Made by a program: the position numbers and the translations under genes. Shown one piece after another: positions 28,172-35,079 of a stretch of DNA of 64,000 bases. The DNA lies in contig JANQJW010000007.1 in NCBI GenBank assembly GCA_028281445.1, forward strand, positions 92,694 to 156,693, read 5' to 3'. The stretch's first letter is position 1. Each line of letters begins with the position of its first letter. The notes beneath the pieces are model-generated. The model saw nothing but the letters and a program-made list of their open reading frames with translations, had not been told where the DNA came from and did no database searches. Origin of the DNA: Planctomycetota bacterium. GTDB taxonomy: Bacteria; Planctomycetota; PLA2; JAEUHO01.

Positions 28172-29119
28172 GTGCGCCACGGACCCGCTCCGATCGCGAA
28201 CTCCGCGCTCGCAGGAGTCCTGCTGGGGGCCGTGCTCCTGCCTGCGATCGGCTGCGGGAGCGGCAACGGCGGACCGGCGACGACGCCCATCGTGATCGCG
28301 TGGTACGTCGATGCGGTCGCAGGCAACAACGGCAACCCCGGCACCGAGGCCGAACCGTTCCTGACGCTGACGCACACCCTCTCCGTCGCGCAGGACGGAG
28401 ACGTCGTGAAGGTTCAGCCGGGACGCTACGACAACGAGGCGTTCCCGCTCGTCGTGCCCCCGGGAGTTACGTTGCTCGGGGACGAACCCGGGCGCGGCGA
28501 TCACGCGAACGCCTTCACCGTTATCGAAGGGGTCGGCCCGAGTTTCTTCAACATGTCCGCGACCTTCCAGATGGGACCGCGCTCGTCTCTCGTAGGACTG
28601 AGCATCGTTGCGACGATGCCGGCCGCGGGCGCCGGCGTCGCGGTCATCGTCGCGGAGGACAACGTCGAGATTCGCGCCTGCACGATCCGAAACGCGCACC
28701 GTGATGCCATCTACGTCTCCAATCGCGCCGGATTCCCGCCGGTTCGCGGCGTCGCCATCATCGACAACGACATTCGCGACAACGATGCGGGCTACGGCTT
28801 GATCCTCGTCGGCGAGATCCGCTCGTGCCGGGTCGAGCGCAGTGGGTTCTTTCGGAATCGTGTCGGCGTCGGCGTGTTCTGCGATGAAGCGCCCGATCTG
28901 GGCGGCGGCGCCTACGGCAGCGCCGGCGGCAACTCCCTCGCCGCGAACTTCGAGATGGACCTCGAGGTAAGTCCCGGCTTCGTCGTCTCGGCGCGCGACT
29001 GCTTGTGGGACATGCTCCCGCCGCGTGCGCACGCCGCGTTGGGCCCGCCGGCAGGTGTCGAGATCTGGGTGCCGAACGGTGGGAGCGTGATCACCGACGG
29101 GGCCCTGCCGGTGCCGTGA
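28172..29119 (+). CDS. DUF1565 / beta-helix lipoprotein (paralog of 21400-22362)
   Basis: GGAGG RBS then GTG; lipobox AIGC; WYVDAVAGNNGNPGTEAEPFLTL...PGRY...FPL; DLGGGAYGSAGGN. Confidence 0.82.
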   Translation: MRHGPAPIANSALAGVLLGAVLLPAIGCGSGNGGPATTPIVIAWYVDAVAGNNGNPGTEAEPFLTLTHTLSVAQDGDVVKVQPGRYDNEAFPLVVPPGVTLLGDEPGRGDHANAFTVIEGVGPSFFNMSATFQMGPRSSLVGLSIVATMPAAGAGVAVIVAEDNVEIRACTIRNAHRDAIYVSNRAGFPPVRGVAIIDNDIRDNDAGYGLILVGEIRSCRVERSGFFRNRVGVGVFCDEAPDLGGGAYGSAGGNSLAANFEMDLEVSPGFVVSARDCLWDMLPPRAHAALGPPAGVEIWVPNGGSVITDGALPVP

Positions 29120-29232
29120 GCCGCCGCGCGATGACCATGCCGTACGAAGTGCGTTCAATGGCACGCACCGGCTCTACGCAGCGCCTGTGCAAGTGAGGAC
29201 GTTTAGGCGATACGCGCGCCAAGGGAGCTCTC

Positions 29233-29394
29233 ATGAAGCGACGGATCCTTGTTGCGCTGACTGCTGCGCTAGGTGCCCTGTGCCTCGCGACGGCAGCCTG
29301 CGGAAGCTCTGGCAACAGCGGCGGCCCAACGGAAGCAACCGGCAGCAGCCAATGGGACGGCGCAGTCTGGGATGGCGACGCATGGGGGCCTTGA
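29233..29394 (+). CDS. Small (53 aa) lipoprotein with C-terminal WDGAVWDGDAW Trp repeat; not in ORF track
   Basis: AAGGGAG RBS; MKRRILVALTAALGALCLATAAC-GSSGNSGGPTEATGSSQWDGAVWDGDAWGP*. Confidence 0.75.
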   Translation: MKRRILVALTAALGALCLATAACGSSGNSGGPTEATGSSQWDGAVWDGDAWGP

Positions 29395-29433
29395 GCGGTG
29401 ACCGAGAGTAGTGAGAGAGGAAGGAAGACGGCA

Positions 29434-29931
29434 ATGAGTGGGACAACCAACAAGTTCGTGCTCGTGTGGGCCCTTGCCCTGACGGCATTCATCATCATGG
29501 GGCTCACGGTTCCCAACACGTTCTCGCCGGGGACCACGATCAGCTCGTCCGAGATGAACGAGAACTTCGCGGCGATCGAGGCGGCGATGGACGCGCTCGA
29601 GTCGCCCACACGTCGAGGGACAATCCTGTTGTTCGCGCGGGTCATCGGAGACGACGCCGTTGCTGGCTACGCACCAGGTGCGTACTCCAGCCTTGGGGGG
29701 CTCCTCCCCGTCCCCACGGACCTCGGTACCGGCCACTACCTCATCCCGCTGCCCGGTGGTGAGGACTTCGACATAGACCGCCATGCCGTCGTGATCACAC
29801 CGCTGGCGAACGCGCCCGCGCGCACATACGGCGTGACCGAGGGACTTGACGCAACGGTCCAGGTACGGATCCGCGACGACGCGGGCATGGCTGTTGACGA
29901 CGACTTCCAGATCGTCGTCTTCAACGACTGA
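29434..29931 (+). CDS. Hypothetical exported protein with 'PNTF..GT.I.S.E.N.NF' N-terminal motif
   Basis: Purine-rich RBS; hydrophobic N-terminus; motif LTVPNTFSPGTTISSSEMNENFAAI. Confidence 0.7.
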   Translation: MSGTTNKFVLVWALALTAFIIMGLTVPNTFSPGTTISSSEMNENFAAIEAAMDALESPTRRGTILLFARVIGDDAVAGYAPGAYSSLGGLLPVPTDLGTGHYLIPLPGGEDFDIDRHAVVITPLANAPARTYGVTEGLDATVQVRIRDDAGMAVDDDFQIVVFND

Positions 29932-29943
29932 TGCCTCGCTGAA

Positions 29944-30369
29944 CTAGCCTTCCGGAAGCCACGTCTCATGCACGTGCAGCCAGCGCACGTGATTCGGCAT
30001 GGCCGGGTTGCGTTGGAACACGGCCGTGCTCAGGCGGCCGCGCGTCTCGTTACCGAGCGTCTGCCACTCTTCGTACGTCGTGATCACGGTGTTGCCCTCG
30101 ATGCGGCGACACTGGAAGTTCTCGATCCAGATCCGGAACTCGACGTCCTTGTGCTGCGCGTGATTGGCGCGGAGCCCTCGCAGCAGGTCCTCGCGCGCAA
30201 TCGCGTTCCCAGAGGGCGCGATCAAAGTGAACCCAGGTGCGAGCGTATCCTCGAAGGCCGACCACGCCGCATCCGTGTCCGGCAGCTCACCCTTGAACCA
30301 CCACACGAAGAAGCGGTGTGCTTCGGTGATCTCGGTGATGCAATCCGTTGCAATCTGCTGATCGATCAT
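29944..30369 (-). CDS. NTF2-like / DUF4440 family protein
   Basis: EI..AH.FF..WF.G, FTLIAPSG, TYEEWQ, RLSTAVF, WLHVHETW. Confidence 0.8.
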   Translation of the reverse strand: MIDQQIATDCITEITEAHRFFVWWFKGELPDTDAAWSAFEDTLAPGFTLIAPSGNAIAREDLLRGLRANHAQHKDVEFRIWIENFQCRRIEGNTVITTYEEWQTLGNETRGRLSTAVFQRNPAMPNHVRWLHVHETWLPEG

Positions 30370-30392
30370 CGCCGGAAGCGTATCGTGAAGCG

Positions 30393-31256
30393 ATGGCCGA
30401 GGTTCGGGAACTACGACCGGGAGACGAAGAGCCGCTCGAGCGCTTTCTCGTGCAGCACCCCGACACCACGATGTTCCTCCGCAACAACTGGCGCGAGGGG
30501 GGGCTGGCGCCGGGAACGGAGCGCTGCCAGGGCACGTGGGCCGGCGCCTTCGAGGGAGAGGATGTCGTCGCGGCCGGGGCGTTGTTCTGGAACGGCAACG
30601 TGATGGTCGAGGGGGAGGAGCACCTGGAAGACGTCACGCGCACCGCCGTGCGCGGGGCGGCGCGGCCTGCGCAGGGCGTCATCGGCACGCCCGCGCAGGT
30701 GTCGGCGGTTCGTGCATGCCTCGGGCTGGAGGACCGCGCCACGTATCTCGACTCCGTGGAAGATCTGTTCTCGCTCGACCTCGCGAACCTGCGCGTGCCC
30801 GAAGCGCTTGCTTCGGGCGTCGTCATGTGCCGGTACACGCAAGAGGCCGACGTGCCGACGCTCATCGAGTGGAGGACCGCGTACACCATCGAGGCGCTCA
30901 ACCTCCCTGAAGAGCACGCCATGGTCGAGGACATCGAAGAGCGCGTGCGCAGCCGGGTCGGCACGGGCGATCACTACGTGCTGGAGGCGGACGGCGCGAT
31001 CGTCGCGATGACGGCCTGGAACGCCAAGGTCCCGGACTGCTACCAGGTCGGCGGGGTCTACACACCGCCGCCGTTGCGCTCGCGTGGGTACGCGCGCAGT
31101 GCCGTGGGCGGCAGCCTGTTGGACGCGCGCTCCGGTGGTGTCGCACGCTCGATCCTCTTCACGCCGCAAGACAACGCCGCAGCCCGGGCCTGTTACCTGG
31201 GCCTCGGCTACGAGATCGTGGGCCTCTATCAGATCGTCGGGTTCGAGGACGAGTAG
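30393..31256 (+). CDS. GNAT family N-acetyltransferase
   Basis: QVGGVYTPPPLRSRGYA acetyl-CoA motif; N.AARACY..LGY. Confidence 0.88.
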   Translation: MAEVRELRPGDEEPLERFLVQHPDTTMFLRNNWREGGLAPGTERCQGTWAGAFEGEDVVAAGALFWNGNVMVEGEEHLEDVTRTAVRGAARPAQGVIGTPAQVSAVRACLGLEDRATYLDSVEDLFSLDLANLRVPEALASGVVMCRYTQEADVPTLIEWRTAYTIEALNLPEEHAMVEDIEERVRSRVGTGDHYVLEADGAIVAMTAWNAKVPDCYQVGGVYTPPPLRSRGYARSAVGGSLLDARSGGVARSILFTPQDNAAARACYLGLGYEIVGLYQIVGFEDE

Positions 31257-32686
31257 TCCTCGCGCGTCGACCCGGCCCAGGCGACGGCGAACGCCGCGGC
31301 CCACGCCACGACGTTGCGCGTGAAGAGCTCGTAGTCCTTGTTGCCGAAGAGGTCGTCGTAGAGCGTGTAGCTGCCCACCGCGAGCAGGAAGCCGGTCGCC
31401 ATCGCCGTAAAGATCCACGGCGTCCTGATGCGCCGGCCGAGGACCACGCGCACGAGCAGGAGCGGGCCGAACGCCGCACCCACGGCGGCCCAGCCAAAGA
31501 GCACGCGCGAGAAGATCTCCTTCGTGCCCGTCAAGGCCGCCAGTGCGGCCCCTGTCGTGAGCAGCAGCACCGCGAGGCGCGAGCGCAGCAGGGTCTGCCG
31601 CGGCGTCTTGCCTTCGAGGCCGCAGTCGTGCACGACGGTCGACGATGCCACGAGGAGCTGGCTGTCCGCCGTCGACATGATCGCGGAGAGCACGGCGGCG
31701 AGCATGATGCCGCCGACCACCGGGTTGAACAGGTCGGTCGTGACCTGGATGAAGATCGTCTCCTTGTCGTCGAGGATGGGCACGAGCACGCGGCCGCACA
31801 GGCCAAGCAGGATCATTCCGGTGTAGATGATCAAAGCCCACGTAACCGCGATGCGCCGCGCGTGTGCGACGCTGTTCTTCTCGTCGCGCAGCGCCATGAA
31901 GTACTTCACGACATGCGGCTGACCCGGATAGCCGAGGCCGATGCCCAGGATCCCGAGCACGAAGCCGATCGCGAGGATTCCCGCGCGCGGCCCGGCTAGC
32001 TGCCCGTAGCCCTCGACAGGCACCGCCGTCATCGCTTCACCGAGCTGTGCGAGGCCTCCCACCTCGATCAGCGCGGCAGAGGGAAGGATGATCGCGGTCA
32101 GTGCCATCATCAATCCTTGCAGCGTGTCGGTGATACCGACAGCCCAGAGCCCGCCGAGCATCGTGTAGAGCAGGATCACGGCAGCACCGATCACGACCGC
32201 GACCCACATCTCGATTCCGAAGATCGTTCCGAAGATCTTGCCTGCCCCTTGGAACTGGGACGCGACGTAGGCGCCGAGCGAAAGCAGGATGATGAACGCC
32301 GCGAGCCAGAGCACGGCGCGGCGGCCGCGCCCGCGGGATCCAAAGGTCAGGACGTCGGCGATCGTCTTCGTGCCCGTGCGATGGCTGAAGCGCTGCAATG
32401 CAGGCGCGAGCACGAACCAGTTCAGCACGAAGCCGCCGACACAGGCCGGAAGCAACCAAAGCGCCGAGAGACCCCACGCCCACGCGGCGCCGCTCACGCC
32501 CAGCAGGGTCCACACCGAGGACGAGCTGGCCGAGGCACCGACGGCGGCGACGAGCGGTCCGAGTCCACGCCCGCCGAGGAAGAAGTCCGTGCCGTCCCTG
32601 GTCCGGCGTTGCGCCAGGATCCCGATGACGAGCAGGACCGCCATGTACACACACAGCGTGACGAGGATGACGGCCTCACGCGACAT
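31229..32686 (-). CDS. Sodium/proline (SSS family) symporter
   Basis: Multiple TM segments; DFFLGGRGLG, YTMLGG, GLGYPGQPH, SAIMSTADSQLL, GAAFGP. Confidence 0.9.
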   Translation of the reverse strand: MSREAVILVTLCVYMAVLLVIGILAQRRTRDGTDFFLGGRGLGPLVAAVGASASSSSVWTLLGVSGAAWAWGLSALWLLPACVGGFVLNWFVLAPALQRFSHRTGTKTIADVLTFGSRGRGRRAVLWLAAFIILLSLGAYVASQFQGAGKIFGTIFGIEMWVAVVIGAAVILLYTMLGGLWAVGITDTLQGLMMALTAIILPSAALIEVGGLAQLGEAMTAVPVEGYGQLAGPRAGILAIGFVLGILGIGLGYPGQPHVVKYFMALRDEKNSVAHARRIAVTWALIIYTGMILLGLCGRVLVPILDDKETIFIQVTTDLFNPVVGGIMLAAVLSAIMSTADSQLLVASSTVVHDCGLEGKTPRQTLLRSRLAVLLLTTGAALAALTGTKEIFSRVLFGWAAVGAAFGPLLLVRVVLGRRIRTPWIFTAMATGFLLAVGSYTLYDDLFGNKDYELFTRNVVAWAAAFAVAWAGSTREDYSSSNPTI

Positions 32687-32749
32687 CGCGCGGCATCCTA
32701 CGGGAATCACGGCTTGAGGCGCGGGTGCGAACTCCGGTACTGTGCGCTC

Positions 32750-33790
32750 ATGCGATTCGCCGTTGTTGTTGGAGTGCTGGCTCTTCTCGTCTCTGCCGCA
32801 TGGTCCGAGACGCCGCCGAAGCCGGACTTCGATCGGGTCGATCACAGCAAGCCCAAGAAGGCGCTGGCGCTCTCTTCGAAGTTCGGTAGTGCGAGCGAGA
32901 TCAAGAAGATCGCCAAGGGGCTCAAGGCGGACGATCCGGTCGAGACCATTCGCGCCGTCGATGCGTGGATCAAGGCGAACTTCGCCTACAACGCGGAGCA
33001 CTTCGACCGCTGGCGCAACTTCAAGCAGATGCGCAAGGACGGGACGTTCGGCGGCTGCGCCGATCACGCGGTCCTCTTCGGTCATCTGACGCGGGCCGCC
33101 GGCATCCCGACGGTCTTCGTCAAGACGATGGACTGCTTCTGGATCCGCGCGTTCGCCGCCGGCCTGCTGATGCCGAGCTGGAGTGGACACTGCTTCCTGG
33201 AGGTGCACATCGACGGCAAATGGGCGTTGCTCGACGCGTCGATGATGAAGCTCTACCGCGACTACGACCCGCAGACGCGGATCCTCCCCGGGTGCCGCTA
33301 CGCCTACGACAAGGGCCTCGAGCCGTACAAGCTGGTCAAGTCCGTGCGCTGGGAGCTCTGGAAGCGCCAGACCGAGGCGCACTTCAAGGACTTCGACGTG
33401 ACAAAGCTGCCTGTGGGAGACGGGGAGGTGCTCGCCTCGCAGCGTGCGTTCGTTGCCGCAGACGGCCCGTACTACCTGTGGCTGCGCGAGCGTTGCAAGG
33501 CACTCGGCCTCGGAGCGCCGGGCGGCTTCAACAACGACTTCTACAACCGCCTTCGTAGAGCCAGCGGCCGGCTCCTGGTCGTGACATGCGTGGGCGAGCG
33601 GCTGGTCTTTCCGAAGCAGATCGCCAAGGGCTATCTGCCGATGACGATGGAGCAGATCCAGGCTGCCCTGAAGGACGAGCCCCACGGGGCAGCTCGCGGC
33701 AGGGCGTGGGACGGCACCACGGTCGTGCTTCTCTACGCCCGCGACCAGGCCGCGATGCGCAAGGCGGTCGACGCGTTCCAGTTCCCGTAG
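32750..33790 (+). CDS. Exported transglutaminase-like (Cys-His-Asp) domain protein
   Basis: Signal peptide; GGCADHA..F....RAAGIP; GHCFLEV...W.LLD. Confidence 0.82.
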   Translation: MRFAVVVGVLALLVSAAWSETPPKPDFDRVDHSKPKKALALSSKFGSASEIKKIAKGLKADDPVETIRAVDAWIKANFAYNAEHFDRWRNFKQMRKDGTFGGCADHAVLFGHLTRAAGIPTVFVKTMDCFWIRAFAAGLLMPSWSGHCFLEVHIDGKWALLDASMMKLYRDYDPQTRILPGCRYAYDKGLEPYKLVKSVRWELWKRQTEAHFKDFDVTKLPVGDGEVLASQRAFVAADGPYYLWLRERCKALGLGAPGGFNNDFYNRLRRASGRLLVVTCVGERLVFPKQIAKGYLPMTMEQIQAALKDEPHGAARGRAWDGTTVVLLYARDQAAMRKAVDAFQFP

Positions 33791-33799
33791 GATCGCGGT

Positions 33800-35065
33800 A
33801 TGCGCTACGTCCTCCTGTTCATCGCCCTGCTGTTCGTCTTCGCGTGGGGCGCCGCCGCAGACGAGCGCGAAATCGAAGACGTCGAGTGGATGACCGACCT
33901 CGCCGCAGCCGGGGCCAAGGCCAGGGAGGAGGGACGACCGCTACTGGTCGTCTTCCGCTGAGAACCGTGAAAGGACTGCGGTCCGTTCGACAGGCAGGTT
34001 GCCCGTTCCACACCTGAGCTTACCGAAGCCGCCAAGCGATACGTCTGTGCGCGTGTGACGAACATGGCCGGCGTCGACATCCATGTGTTCGACTTCGACT
34101 TCGACCTGACCTTCTGCGTCTTGCTGATGAACGCCGACGGGACGATCTACCACACCTACGGCGGGCGGGACTGGACCGATCCGCAGTCCCACCTCTCGAT
34201 GAAGGCATTTGTCGACGTGCTCCGGAAGACCGTGCGCGAGCACGAGGCGTACAGCGCGGATCCCAGGCCGCCCAAGAAGCGCCCGAAGCTCACCGTCGAG
34301 CGGATTCCTCCGATGGCGGAGCGTATCCGCAAAGGCAAGCAGCCAACGTGCTACCACTGCCACACGGTTCACGACATGCTTCACGAAGACCGCAAGCAGC
34401 GCGGAGCCTGGAAGCGCGCGGACACCTGGATCTGGCCGGATCCGGTTGAGGTGGGGCTGCGTCTCGACAAGGAGAAGCAAGCCGTGGTGCGCGCGGTCGA
34501 GGCCAAGAGCGCGGCTGCCAGAGCGGGGATTCGTCCCACGGATCGCTTGACGAGTCTCGGCGGGCGGCGGGTTCTGACCTTCGGCGACGTGCAGCGAGTG
34601 CTGGACGAGGCCCCGCACGGCGCGACGTCGATTCCCGTCACATGGATGCGTGCGGAGGGCGAGAAGAGGGGCGCGCTGCGGCTGCCGGCGCAGTGGAAGG
34701 AGGCGGATCCGCGTGTCTACGCGTGGCGGCCCTCGAAGTGGCCGCTCTCGCCCAAGCCGGGCTTCGGTGGACGCGAGCTGAAACGTGGCGAGCTCACCAA
34801 GCTCGGTCTTGCGGAGGACGCCTTCGCGTTTCGCGTCGGCTACGTCGTGACGTGGGGCCCGAACGCGCATACCGGGCGCAACGCGCGCAAGGCGGGCATT
34901 CGTAAGGGCGACATCGTCACGTCCATCGGAGGCAAGGTCGACTTCGACAGCGTGTCGCACTTCCACGCCTGGTTCCGGCTCACGCAGAAGGCCGGTAGCA
35001 AGGTCGAGATCGTGCGCTACCGCAAGGGCAAGAAGGCCGTGCTCACCATGGACGTGATCGAGTAG
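33800..35065 (+). CDS. Putative selenoprotein: exported thioredoxin-like (Trx7-type) + CxxCH + PDZ protein with two in-frame TGA (UxxU)
   Basis: ATG 33800, signal peptide, Trx7-like W..DL..A...AREEGRPLLVVFR, then TGA(33959)-GAA-CCG-TGA(33968)-AAG-GAC-TGC. The frame continues without another stop into the track ORF 34055-35065 (CYHCH; PDZ-like SAAARAGIRPTD and ARKAGIRKGDIV). 421 codons. Confidence 0.85.
33973..34007 (+). promoter_or_regulatory. Two candidate bacterial SECIS hairpins
   Basis: GGAC-TGCG-GTCC (33973-33984) and GACAGGCA-GGT-TGCCCGTT (33989-34007), both with G in the apical loop, immediately 3' of the two TGAs. Confidence 0.55.
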
Positions 35066-35079
35066 AGAGCCGCAGGCAC

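Noticed and set aside
33800..33970. Pseudogene or separate 53-aa ORF ending at TGA 33961
   Set aside because: Two independent nonsense mutations landing exactly on both CxxC positions, with an otherwise intact frame and downstream hairpins, is less parsimonious than Sec recoding. It is not formally excluded.
33959..33970. Genome-wide UGA reassignment (Trp/Gly code)
   Set aside because: Many genes in the window end normally at TGA, including ATGA/GTGA/TGATG overlaps, and Trp is encoded by TGG.
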